This document shows, in pieces, positions 12,579 through 23,904 of a stretch of DNA of 64,000 nt. Position numbers and translations under genes: made by a program. The notes below the pieces were generated by a model, which had not been told where the DNA came from, made no database searches, and saw nothing but the letters and a program-made list of their open reading frames with translations. Each line of letters starts with the position of its first letter. Position 1 is the stretch's first letter. The stretch comes from Octopus sinensis (lineage: Eukaryota): the NCBI RefSeq assembly GCF_006345805.1, contig NC_042999.1, forward strand, positions 156,736,001-156,800,000, given 5' to 3'.

Positions 12579-12612
12579 TATTATTATTATTATTGTTATT
12601 ATTATTATTATT
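12340..12612 (+). mobile_element. LINE 3' end (CR1/L2-like) with (ATT)n tail
   Basis: SFKTSMLPEIRQHYT* followed by a UTR ending GTACCTGAGCACTGTATACAATAATTTCATT(ATT)n. Confidence 0.5.
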
Positions 12613-12909
12613 ATATATACACACAAGTGAGTGAACAAAGAAAAGAAATAGGCACTCAACACATTTAGTAGGGGTTACATGTATTATCATTTAAGACAGA
12701 TTGACTTGGCTCCATGCAACTTAAAGTTTTGCAGGCTTCTTGCGGAAACCTAGTTTGACAGGCTCAGGAATGGACAGGTGCAGAAAGTTCAAGATAGCAA
12801 CCAGAAACTGGGCTGCTATTGGTCAAGGTGGGTCACATGATGTTATTAGAAGTGAGATCAACATTCCAGCAACATCAAATACACTAAAAAAGGAGAATTT
12901 CTCAGACTG

Positions 12910-12970
12910 TGTAGCTGAAGAGGAAGCTGGTGGTGTAATTTTCTCTAACCAGTCTTGGAAATGACTTACA
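12910..12970 (+). ncRNA. Possible heavily degenerate hammerhead ribozyme
   Basis: TGTAG-CTGAAGA-GGAAGCTGGT...ACCAGTCTTG-GAAA-TGAC-TTACA; about three reversions needed to be canonical. Confidence 0.3.
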
Positions 12971-12992
12971 GGACAACAAATCCATGGCCAAT

Positions 12993-13098
12993 GGTGTGTG
13001 TGTGTGTGTGTGTGTACGTGTGTGTGTATGTGTGTGTGTGCATGTGCGTGTGTGTGTATGCGCGTGTGTGTGTGTGTGTGCATGTGTGCGCGTGTGTG

Positions 13099-13131
<33 letters not shown>

Positions 13132-13140
13132 GTGTGTGTA
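12993..13140. repeat. (GT)n microsatellite
   Basis: Direct sequence. Confidence 0.95.
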
Positions 13141-13457
13141 AACAGAGATGAAGGTAGAAAGCTATAGAGGATGCATAAGCTTAGAAGATCAGCTTATGGT
13201 TTGCACTGGCATCAGTGGTTAGGTACCCCACCCTTGGTTATGGGACAATCAGTGTTGAGGCGCAATCAGTGTTAAGGTGACATAATTGGGTTACAGTGAC
13301 CAGTGGTTTGAAGTTCACCAGGTGGGTGTATATCTGATAGCAGCAATAAGATAGTTCGTATTTCCTGTTGGCAGACACTACAGGTTGTTGGTGAAGAGCT
13401 AGCAATTGCATGTACTGAGTGAATAAGGTGAGACCCTGTTGATGATATGTATATATA

Positions 13458-14301
13458 GACGCAGGAGTTGCTGTGTGGTAAGAAGCTTGCTTACCAACCA
13501 CATGGTTCCGGGTTCAGTCCCACTGCGTGGCATCTTGGGCAAGTGTCTTCTGCTATAGCCCCGGGCCGACCAATGCCTTGTGAGTGAATTTGGTAGACGG
13601 AAACTGAAAGAAGCCCGTCGTATATATGTATATATATATGTGTGCGTGTATGTTTGTGTGTCTGTGTTTGTCCCCCTAGCATTGCTTGACAACCGATGCT
13701 GGTGTGTTTACGTCCCCATCACTTAGCGGTTCGGCAAAAGAAACCAATAGAATAAGTACTGGGCTTACAATTAAGAAGTTCCGGGGTCGATTTGCTCAAC
13801 TAAAGGCGGTGCTCCAGCATGGCCGCAGTCAAATGACTGAAACAAGTAGAAGAGAGAAAAGAGTATATAGGTGCAGGTGCGGTTGTGTGGTATGAAGCTT
13901 GCTTCCCAACCACACAGTACATACAGGTTCAGTCCCACTGTGTGGCACCTTGAGCAAGTGTCTTCAACTATAGCCTTGGGCTAACCAAAGCCTTGTGAGT
14001 GGATTTGGTAGATGGAAACTGAAAGAAGCCTGTCATATATGTGTGTATTTGTATGTGCAAGTGTGTATGTATATATATATATATCTATGTGTGTGTGTCT
14101 TTGCGTCTGTGTTTGTACCCCCATCATCACTTGACAACCAGTGTTGGTGTGTTTACATCCCCGTAACTTAGCAGTTGAGCAAAAGAGACCGATAGAATTA
14201 TTACTAGGCTTTAAAAAAATAAGTCCTGGGATAGATTTGTTTGACTAAAACCCTTCAAGGCAGTGCTCCAGCATGGCCACATCAAATGACTGAAACAAGT
14301 A
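13458..14301 (+). mobile_element. Two head-to-tail SINE family A copies (13458-13863, 13869-14301)
   Basis: Two full head-core-tail units. Confidence 0.85.
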
Positions 14302-14354
14302 TTTACTTGTTTCAGTCATTGTATGCACCCCAACAATCAGAATATATGGTCATA

Positions 14355-14560
14355 CCACCTGACTGGCCCTCGTGCTGGTGGCTCGTAAAAGCACCCACTA
14401 CACTCTCAAAGTGGTTGGCGTTAGGAAGGGCATCCAGCTGTAGAAATTCTGCCAGATCAAGATTGGAGTCTGGTGCAGCCATCTGGTTCACCAGCCTTCA
14501 GTCAAAATCGTCCAACCCATGCTAGCATGGAAAGCAGACGGTAAACGATGATGATGATCA
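14355..14560 (+). mobile_element. Family B retroposon
   Basis: One module plus conserved 3' end and (GAT)n. Confidence 0.8.
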
Positions 14561-14675
14561 TCATCATCATTGGTTCCTAGGGAACAGCTGTGTTTAGGTG
14601 GCATTATTCACTACTTGTCAATTCATTGAGAAGTAGAACATACCAGAACTGGATGAATGCCACCATATATTTCTG

Positions 14676-14906
14676 GGCGGCGAGCTGGCAGAAACGTTAG
14701 CACGCCGGGCGAAATGCGTTACCGTATTTCGTCTGCCGTTACGTTCCGAGTTCAAATTCTGCCGAGGTCGACTTTGCCTTTCATCCTTCCGGGGTCGATA
14801 AATTAAGTACCAGTTACGCACTGGAGTCGATGTAATCGACTTAATCCGTTTGTCTGTCCTTGTTTGTCTCCTCTGTGTTTAGCCCCTTGTGGGTAGTAAA
14901 GAAATA
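14676..14906 (+). mobile_element. SINE family D, full length
   Basis: Head GGCGGCGAGCTGGCAGAA...GAGTTCAAATTC, GCCTTTCATCCTTCCGGGGTCGATAAA core; 11-bp TSD ATATATTTCTG. Confidence 0.85.
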
Positions 14907-15127
14907 TATATTTCTGTATGAATGGCATAAACCTCGAAGAAAAAAGTGAGGTGTAATTTTGAATGTTCCACCAGCAAAGAACTTTTGAGACTCTTTTAAT
15001 AAAATCGTATATTTTCACCTTCCAGTATATAATGATATATGTTTCTATAGAGCTTCATCAGCTGTCAAATCCCATTGTTGATCTGTTTCCTTTAGATTAT
15101 TCAAATAGTCATTGTGAACATTGTGAA

Positions 15128-16720
15128 CGCAGGAGTGGCTGTGTGGTAAGTAGCTTGTTTACCAACCACATGGTTCCGGGATCAGTCCCACTGCGTGGCA
15201 CCTTGGGCAAGTGTCTTCTAGTATAGCCTCGGGTCGACCAAAGCCTTGTGAGTGGATTTGGTAGACGGAAACTGAAAGAAGCCTGTCGTATATATATATA
15301 TATATGTAGCTGGTACCGCATCGACTGGCCTCCGTGCTGTGGGCACAACAAACACCATCTGATCGTGGCCGTTCGCCAGCCTCACCTGGCACCTGTGTCG
15401 GTGGCACATAAAAACACCATCCAAAGACCCGGCGACGTAGTCAGTCCACCTGTGCATACCTTCCTTCTTGTGACACTTGTGAAGACCTGTTGAGGCAGAG
15501 GCAAGTGTGTGACACTTTGGGAAGACCTGTTGAGGCAGAGGCAAGTGTTGTGACACTTGTGGAGACCTGTTGAGGCAAGTGTGTGACACGCGTGACACTT
15601 GTGAAGACCTGTTGAGGCAAGTGAAAATCAAACCAAATCAAAATAGATGAACATCAATGGAATTTGTATCTTTGTGGTTCCAGTACCGGTGGCACACAAG
15701 AAAACCATCCGATCGTGGCCGTTCGCCAGCCACATCTGGCACCTGTGTCGGTGGCACATAAAGACACCATCCGAAGACCCGGCGACGTAGACAGTCCACC
15801 TGTGCATACCTTCCTTCTTGTGACACTTGTGAAGACCTGTTGAGGCAAGTGACACTTGTGAAGACCTGTTGAGGCAAGTGAAAATCAAATCAAATCAAAT
15901 CAAAACAAATCAAAATAGATGAACATAAATGGAATTTGTATCTTTGTGGTACCAGTGCCGGTGGCACACAAGAAAATCATCCATCCGAACGGGCCGTAGC
16001 CAGTACCGCATAGACTGGCCTCCGTGCTTTGGGGACGTAACAACACCATCCGATCGTGGCCGTCCGCCAGCCTCATCTGGCACCTGTGTCGGTGGCACAT
16101 AAAAACACCATCCGAGCGTGGCCGTCTGCCAGCCTCGTCTGGCACCTGCCAGCCTCATCTGGCACCTGTGTCGGTGGCACATAAAAACACCATCCGAGCG
16201 TGGCCGTCTGCCAGCCTCGTCTGGCACCTGTGTCGGTGGCACATAAAAACACCATCCGAGCGTGGCCGTTCGCCAGCCTTGTCTGGCACCTGTGTCGGTG
16301 GCACATAAAATCACCCACTACACTCTCGGAGTGGTTGGCGTTAGGAAGGGCATCCAGCTGTAGAAACACTGCCAGATCTGACTGGCCTGGTGCAGCCTTC
16401 GGGCTCCCCAGACCCCAGTTGAACCGTCCAACCCATGCTAGCATGGAAAACGGACGCTAAATGATGATGATGATGATGATGATGATATATATATATATAT
16501 ATATGCGCGTGTCTGTGTTTGTCCCCCTAGCATTGCTTGACAACCGATGCTGGTGTGTTTATGTCCCCGTTACATAGCGGTTTGGCAAAAGAGACCGATA
16601 GAAAAAGTACTGGGCATACAAAAGAATAAGTCCCGGGGTCGATTGCTCGATTAAAGGCGGTGCTCCAGCATGGTCGCAGTCAAATGAGTGAAACAAGTAA
16701 AAGAGTAAGAGAATAAAAGA
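15128..16720 (+). mobile_element. SINE family A split by a family B insertion into its (TA)n tract
   Basis: 5' half 15128-15305 and 3' half ~16487-16720 are collinear with intact A copies. Confidence 0.8.
15308..16486 (+). mobile_element. Long family B copy with internal tandem and higher-order duplications
   Basis: Many ~50-bp modules, repeated GACACTTGTGAAGACCTGTTGAGGCAAG, a duplicated 270-350-bp block, and the standard 3' end. Confidence 0.85.
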
Positions 16721-16934
16721 ATGAAGCATTCCATGAGCCTGTTGTCTTATTTTCGTAGTAACTATTCCTTCATTCACTTGAGTTGCATCAGAACAGTTTG
16801 TGAATGATGTGAAGATGTGTTAATATGTTGGACATTTCTTTCCTTTCTGTATAAATGATTTCATGCCTGGCATTGTCTCCTCCTTCTACGTCTAAAAATA
16901 GATGACCTCATTGGCATCAATTTTGTCAAAACTT

Positions 16935-17290
16935 GTATGTATGTATGTATGTATGTATGTATGTATGTATGTATGTATGTATATGTATGTATGTGTGTGT
17001 GTGTATGTGTGTATGTATGTATATATGTATGTATGTATGAAATGTATGTATGTATTATGTATGTGTGTATGTATGTATGTATGTATGTGTGTATGTATGT
17101 ATGGTGTATGTATGTATGTATGTATGTATGTGTGTGTGTGTACGTATGTATGTATGTGTGTGTATGTATGTATGTGCGTATGTGTGTGTGTATGTATGTA
17201 TATATATATATATGTATGCATGTATGTATATGTGTGTGTGTGTGTATGCATGTATGTGTATGCATGTATGTACATATGTGTGTATAATGT
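16935..17290. repeat. (TATG)n compound microsatellite
   Basis: Direct sequence. Confidence 0.95.
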
Positions 17291-17292
17291 AT

Positions 17293-17710
17293 AAGGTGGG
17301 AGAAGAGAGAGAAGTTTTGTCAAGCGAATGCTTCAATAAAAGATGGGTGAATGTAGCAAGGATGGCACGTGTGAATTTCAGAGCCACCTTGAGCATAATC
17401 CTATGAACCAGAAAAACAAAGGAAAAAGAAAGTTACTAACTGTAAATTTGTTATTGTGTGATATTATTGCCCGAGGTTACCGTGGTCTTTGCATGGGTTT
17501 TTCTTTCCACGGATAAGTCTTCCCACTTTTGGGAACTATGTGTTTTCTTTTAGTACTATTTTGACTTTTGTATATCCCAAATAATTTCCATCCCTTTTGA
17601 TCGTAGTCCCTATTTTAATTTTGTTTTGTTTACGCCCCTCCCCTCAAAAAGAAAAACTCTACATTGTATTTCTCCCCTCTATGTTCAGCCCTGTGTGGCC
17701 AATAACGTAA
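17293..17710 (+). mobile_element. Tx1/L1-like LINE 3' end (ORF2 C-terminus plus 3' UTR)
   Basis: KVGEEREVLSSECFNKRWVNVARMARVNFRATLSIIL*; F-x-x-R-W near the terminus as in Tx1/L1 ORF2. Confidence 0.5.
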
Positions 17711-17735
17711 GTTATCTGTCTAGCTATCTATCTAT

Positions 17736-17773
<38 letters not shown>

Positions 17774-18109
17774 ACCTACCCACCTACTGACCTACCTATC
17801 TACCATCTGTCTATCTATCTATCAGTTTTTTGTCCACGGTGATATTAAAAAATACCACCAAAGATAGTACTGCCAACACCACTACTACAACTTCAAATGG
17901 TACAACTAACACCTCTACTACCAACACTACCACTACCAAGACCACCACCACCAAGGACAAAACAAATTTCGCTGAAGCGATAAAACAAAAGAGAACAATT
18001 GTCAAATCCACTGCCCAACAAATAAACGACGCAAAAGCCCTTCAAATAACGTGAGTTCATGGTTGTTTCCTGCACCAGCTTCACATAGCAACCTCAGCCC
18101 ATCCAAAAT

Positions 18110-18502
18110 ATCTTGGATCGCAGAACGGCCTGCTGTGCTTGAGGAGACCTATTGAGTCAAGTACATCAACATCAAAATAAAAATCAAATGAAAATTGTAG
18201 TTGTGATACCTGTGCTGATGGCACGTAAAAAAGCACCATCCGAACATGGCCAATGCCAGTGGTGCCTTAACTGACTTCCTTGCCGTTGGTACGTAAAAAG
18301 CACCAACCAATCGTGGCCATTGCCAGCCTTCCCTGGCACCTGTGCCAGTGGTACGTAAAAAGTACCCACTACACCAGCTGTAGAAACACTGCCAGATCAG
18401 ACTGGAGCCTGGCGCAGCTTCCTGGCTTCCCAGACCCCAGTTGAACTGTCCAACCCATGCTAGCATGGAAAACGGATGTTAACGATGATGATGATGATGA
18501 TG
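18110..18502 (+). mobile_element. Family B retroposon
   Basis: Modules plus an internally deleted 3' end and (GAT)n. Confidence 0.75.
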
Positions 18503-18600
18503 TATATATAACACATATATATATATGTAAGTATATATATATACACACACATATATATATACATATATATATATACACATATATACATATATATATATGC

Positions 18601-18699
<99 letters not shown>

Positions 18700-18769
18700 T
18701 TATATAGATATACATATATTATACATATACATATACATACATATATACATACATATATACATATAATTG

Positions 18770-19450
18770 TATATCGAAATCGAAACCGAATTGAACCAGC
18801 CAGGATCCCTGGCCTGGTGGTACGTAAAAAGCACTATCCGACTCGGGGCCGTGGCACGTAAAATACTCCAATGCGACCGTACGACAGGCACCCATGCCAA
18901 CCCCCTTTGCTTGTGAAGACATGTTGGGGTAAGCGAAATCGAAATCGAATTGAACCAGCCAGGATCCCTGGTCTGGTGGTACGTAAAACACTATCCGACT
19001 CGTGGCCGTGGCACGTAAAATACTCCAATGCGACCGTACGACAGGCACCCTTGCCAACCCCCTTTGCTTGTGAAGACATGTTGGGGCAAGCGAAATCGAA
19101 ATCGAATTGAACCAGCCAGGATCCCTGGTCTGGTGGTACGTAAAAAGCACTATCCGACTCGTGGCCGATGCCAGCACCGCCTCGACTGGCTTCCGTGCCG
19201 GTGGCACATAAAATACACCAATCTGACCGTGGCCGTTGCCAGCCCCGCCTGGCACCTGTGCAGGTGGCACGTAAAAAGCACCCACTACACTCACAGAGTG
19301 GTTGGCGTTAGGAAGGGCATCCAGCTGTAGAAACATTGCCAAATTAGACTGGAGCCTGGTGCAGCCTTCTGGCTTCCCAGAACCCCGGTCGAACCGTCCA
19401 ACCCATGCTAGCATGGAGAACGGACGTTAAACGACGATGATGATGATGAT
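18770..19450 (+). mobile_element. Family B copy with a ~158-bp unit repeated about 2.5 times
   Basis: GAAATCGAAA(C/T)CGAATTGAACCAGCCAGGATCC recurs at ~18776, 18935 and 19092. Confidence 0.8.
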
Positions 19451-19599
19451 GACATATATATATATACATAATATATACATACACAATAAAATGTATATAT
19501 GTGACATAATAGTTTCACTTTTAATAGTTTCAGTATTAATAGTGAAACTATTAAAAGTGAAAGTATTATCTCGCATTACAATAGAGATGTTATTGTTGT

Positions 19600-19850
19600 G
19601 CTTTTGACACGTAATACTGATATAGTGTAAGAGACAAGAGATTGCCCCGGCGCACATTAGGCAAGAAGTTGAAAATGTTTTTGGTCCTGACACTGCACAT
19701 ACTCTAAGTAAGGCATGTATAAAATTTGAAGGAAATCCGACAGGTAGTTCTTGAGTTTTAGTAATGCACACATACTGACACACAGAAGGACAGACAGACA
19801 GATAGATAGATAGACAGACGCACATTCTCAGTTTTATATATATATAGATT
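19600..19850 (+). mobile_element. Non-autonomous Helitron/DINE-like 3' portion
   Basis: (GACA)n subterminal tract and TTTTATATATATATAGAT end, like the other Helitron-like copies. Confidence 0.45.
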
Positions 19851-19859
19851 TGGTCATCA

Positions 19860-20278
19860 TAGGCACAGGAGTGGCTGTGTGGTAAGTAGCTTGCTAACCA
19901 ACCACATGGTTCCGGGTTCAGTCCCACTGCATGGCATCTTGGGCAAGTGTCTTCTGCTATAGCCTCAGGCCGACCAAAGCCTTGTGAGTGGATTTGATAG
20001 ACGGAAACTGAAAGAACCTGTCGTATATGTGTATATATATATATGTATGTGCGTGTATGTGTTTGTGTGTCTGTGTTTGTCCCTCTAGCATTGCTTGACA
20101 ACCGATGCTGGTGTGTTTACGTCCCCGTCACTTAGCAGTTCGGCAAAAGAGACCGATAGAATAAGTACTGGGCTTACAAAGAATAAGTCCCAGAGTCGAT
20201 TTGCTTGACTAAAGGCGGTGCTCCAGCATGGCTGCAGTCAAATGACTGAAACAAGTAAAAGAGTAAAGAGTAAAGAGT
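19860..20278 (+). mobile_element. SINE family A, full length
   Basis: Complete head-core-(TA/GT)n-tail. Confidence 0.85.
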
Positions 20279-20419
20279 ATTTGAATTAAAAGCATAGAGA
20301 AAATGTATTCAGCATAAACACAGGTAATCTAAAATATGGGATTTACTAAACAAAAGGCTGTAGGACATATTCCTGTGAATTTATTATCAAACATTCAAAG
20401 AGTTCTTCACCTGAGCTTT

Positions 20420-20720
20420 TCATTTTGTTGTTTTTATATTGTAGTTGATATCACAGCAACTGGAAATGCATTGAGTAGTCATTAGAATCCAAAGAAGTAA
20501 GACTATAGTTGATGATGAAGTGGATAAAGGGCTGATCACATGGATCAGTAATTTGAAAGCAGGCTGCTTATTGATTGTGTATAATTGTAGAATGTGATAC
20601 AATTATTCCATTGATAACAGATGTTTCTGCTATCCACTTCGATCAACCCTTATACAAAATCTATTGGTACCACTTTTAAAACCACCAAAACACCAAGTAT
20701 CATTTTTCCTTTCAACAATA
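20420..20720 (-). mobile_element. Merlin/ISXO2-like transposase remnant
   Basis: WCFGGFKSGT..., STIIHNQ*AA..., FIHFIINYSLTSLD resemble WVFGG-ER / STIHSDQWAAY / H-TVNHS-NFVDP. Confidence 0.45.
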
Positions 20721-20934
20721 TTTTTTTGTTGCCAGTATCATCAATAATTTTTTTGCTGTGAATAAATATACACATCCAACAAATATTTCTCACAAAGTTA
20801 TTCCAATTAACTGTTGCACTTGCAGCTCATTTATTAGAATTTTTTTTTTTTTTGGAGGACAGTTAATTGGTTGCCTGAGTAAAAAAGATCTTTCATTTAT
20901 AGACTATTTTTTTTATATGTATGACAGTTCCACT

Positions 20935-21095
20935 TCATCATCATCATCATCATCATCATCGTTTAGAGTCCGCTTTCCATGCTAGCATGGGTTGGACGGT
21001 TCAACTGGGGTCTGGGAAGCCAGAAGGCTGCACCAGGCCCAGTCTGATCTGGCAATGTTTCTATGGCTGGATGCCCTTCCTAGTGCCAACCACTT
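20935..21095 (-). mobile_element. Family B 3' fragment
   Basis: (CAT)n plus reverse-complemented 3' end. Confidence 0.8.
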
Positions 21096-21109
21096 CTTAA
21101 TATTAATTG

Positions 21110-21325
21110 GAGACTCAAGGCAGCGAATTGGCAGAATTGCACAATGGGAAAACTGCTTTGCAGCATTTCATTCACTTTTACATTCTGAGTTCAAATACCG
21201 CTGAGGTCAGTTTTGCCTTTCATCCTTTTGGGGTTGCTAAAAGAAGTACTAATATAACACTGGGGTCAATGTAATCAACTCATTTGTCCCTTAAAATTGC
21301 AAGCTTTGTGCCTAAATTCGAAACA
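21110..21325 (+). mobile_element. Degenerate SINE family D
   Basis: GAGTTCAAAT...GCCTTTCATCCTTTTGGGG core. Confidence 0.6.
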
Positions 21326-21964
21326 AAAACGCACAGGAATTTTTGGCCCATTTCACAACTTCATGAAAGGTATTACATCTCAACTGGTGACCAGATCGAG
21401 AATAATTTTTTCAAAATTAATTTCCAAAGTGCTCAAATCCAGGAATGGTAATTGTTGAACTATTTGGGGGAAGAGCAGAAATAGGATTGTATGATTTTGG
21501 ATGTAGTGATTTCAGAACTGAAAAGTATTGTGACTGTTGTGTACCATACATTACATAAAAACATCAGAACACTAAACTGTTCAGAAGATTGCAGCAAATA
21601 ACCTCATAAAAAAGTCAATAGAGAGTGAAAGACTACTACCATTAACCATTTTAATGCATATAATAATGTCTTGAAGATGACTATCTGAATAAGACATTTT
21701 CAAAAATATCTTTCAGCAATCTTATTCAATTTCCGGTTTTGTGCATGCACACTTTATAACCAAATTTCAACACACACTGAGATGATAGGTTTAGGCTGAG
21801 GTCATCCTTCATTGAAGGTAGTCCAATCATGACGATCACATTTTTTAAGGCTAAATGTGTCCCAGACAACATCTATCCAGGTTCTTTACTTATTAAATAG
21901 TTAATGAATCGTATATGATTAAGAACCTTTTCCCAAAGAGTTCTAAAATATTATTCTCTAACAA

Positions 21965-22137
21965 GGTGCAGGCATGGCTGTATGGTAAGCAGTTTGCTTC
22001 CTAAGCACATGGTTCAAGCTTCAGTCTCACTGTGTTGCACCTTGGGCAAATATCTTCTACTGTAGCCTCAGGCCGACCAAAGCCTTGTGAGTGGATTTGA
22101 TAGAAACTGAAAGAAGACCATTGTGTATGTGTATGTG

Positions 22138-22170
<33 letters not shown>
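21965..22170 (+). mobile_element. SINE family A 5' half
   Basis: Head and core ending in (TA)n. Confidence 0.75.
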
Positions 22171-22173
<3 letters not shown>

Positions 22174-22256
22174 ATCCAACATGAAAACATAACAATGTGA
22201 GGACGTGGAACAAATATAGTATTATTGGACACTCAGGAAGGAAGGGAAGAAGGAGG

Positions 22257-22291
22257 GTTTAACATTTCGAGCGGAGCTTTTCATCAGAAAC
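22257..22291 (-). ncRNA. Minimal hammerhead ribozyme, degenerate
   Basis: GTTT-CTGATGA-A-AAGC TCC GCTC-GAAATGT-T-AAAC; G10.1 changed to A and the ACGT palindrome decayed to ATGT. Confidence 0.55.
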
Positions 22292-22486
22292 ATAGGAAAA
22301 GGAAAGATCCAGAGAAGGGAAGACGGAGGAAAACAAATCACCAACAGTACACACGCGGTCACATTATGAGTGTATTTTTGCTTTGTTAACAATTAACATG
22401 GAAAAAATAAATAAATAGTTACCAGGGTAGCAAAAAATCACACAAAATATTACGCTTAATTTATACAGTAACTCTTACTTCCCATA

Positions 22487-23560
22487 TTGACCAATCTTAA
22501 GTACATTAGCAAATTTAGTAATCATTCTAGGGCAATTACTAAGAACTTAGTTAAGAATATTTCATTTAGATTTTCTAAATTATCTGCTAATGTTGACATT
22601 TTCAATGATAACGCTAAATTTTATAACTCTGCCTTAATTAAAGCAGGTTATACAGAGAAAATTTTCTACATAGATTCTACTCAGTCTAATTCTAAATTCA
22701 ATAATGTAGATATGAATTCTAGTTGTAAAAGAATTATTGATAATAAACATAACTTATGCACTGATACAAAGTGGATGAAGGGAGATAACCCTTATCTAAT
22801 CCCCTATTATCATTCTAAAAGTAAATGTAACACTTTCATAAATAATTACGCTAAAAATACTAGTAAAAATATTTGGCTAATAGTTCTATATGGGAGACAA
22901 ATTAAATCTAATCTCCCACTGCTATTTCGTCAAGCTATTGTTAGGAATTTTCCAAAGAATTCTAGGTATTACTCTATTATCAATTCACATACAGCTAGGA
23001 TTGGTTTTTTCCAACACAAAAAAATCTCTTACAAATTATCTCTTCACATAATAACAAACTGTTAAATATTAATACATTTACTAATACTAACATTAATTTA
23101 GCTAATACCATCCACCACTCTAGAAATATTAATAACAAGGTTATTGTATCCGAAGTCAATTCCAACAGAATTAAGTTTATGTCAAGTAACTCTAAAATTA
23201 AAAATTCTATATACCAGTGTATAATCAATACTAGGAATAAAGTACGATTTTACATTGGGAGCACATCGTTAGAGTTATCTAAAAGAATTTCTATTCATCA
23301 CTCAATATTTAGGGATAGAAATAAACATAACAGTACTGGGCTCAGTAAATTAATTTCGGATCTAAAAGACCACAATGAACAATTTAATTTAGAATGATTG
23401 ATTCTCTCAATCTCAATACCTTATGACAAAGCCAAGGGATTCTATCTTCTCTGTAATTCTGAACTATTTTTCATTATTTTTTCTAAAAATCCCCTAGTAA
23501 ACACGGTTATAGAGCGTGCATATCGATGTAAACATTGGCAAAAACACACCTTTAGTGCAT
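22487..23560 (+). mobile_element. Penelope-like element 3' part (RT thumb, linker, GIY-YIG endonuclease), pseudogenised
   Basis: SNHSRAITKNLVKNISFRFSKLS...YNSALIKAGY; SIYQCII...FYIGSTS...KRISIHHSIF...STGLSK; LLCNSE...PLVN. Confidence 0.85.
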
Positions 23561-23904
23561 ATAAGTAGTCTCTATCATTATATATAATTTAAAGATTAAT
23601 TTCCTTTATATTTAACATTCACTATTAATATCCCTACTCTTTCTTTAAGCTACTTCTGACGTTATATCATATAATGTTTTTTCAAACAATATTAACAGCG
23701 TTCAGTAAATCACTATACATATCCATCATTTTTTTGATAAAATGTCTTATTGACGAGTTTCGTTTTTTCACTTCCATGAAGAGAAGATTGCATTGTTTTA
23801 TACCATTTATTCTTTTGAATAATATCAGTGAAATCTTTGAAATATGTGGCGAAAGTAAAAAGTATTTGATTTATACCTGCGTTAAACTCCATTTATATAT
23901 ATAT

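Noticed and set aside
15021-15070. CTGATGA...GAAAC on the minus strand
   Set aside because: No credible stem II or stem I; at best a deleted hammerhead relic.
15308-16320. CRISPR-like repeat-spacer appearance
   Set aside because: Eukaryotic context, spacers are themselves repeated, no cas genes; internal array of a retroposon.
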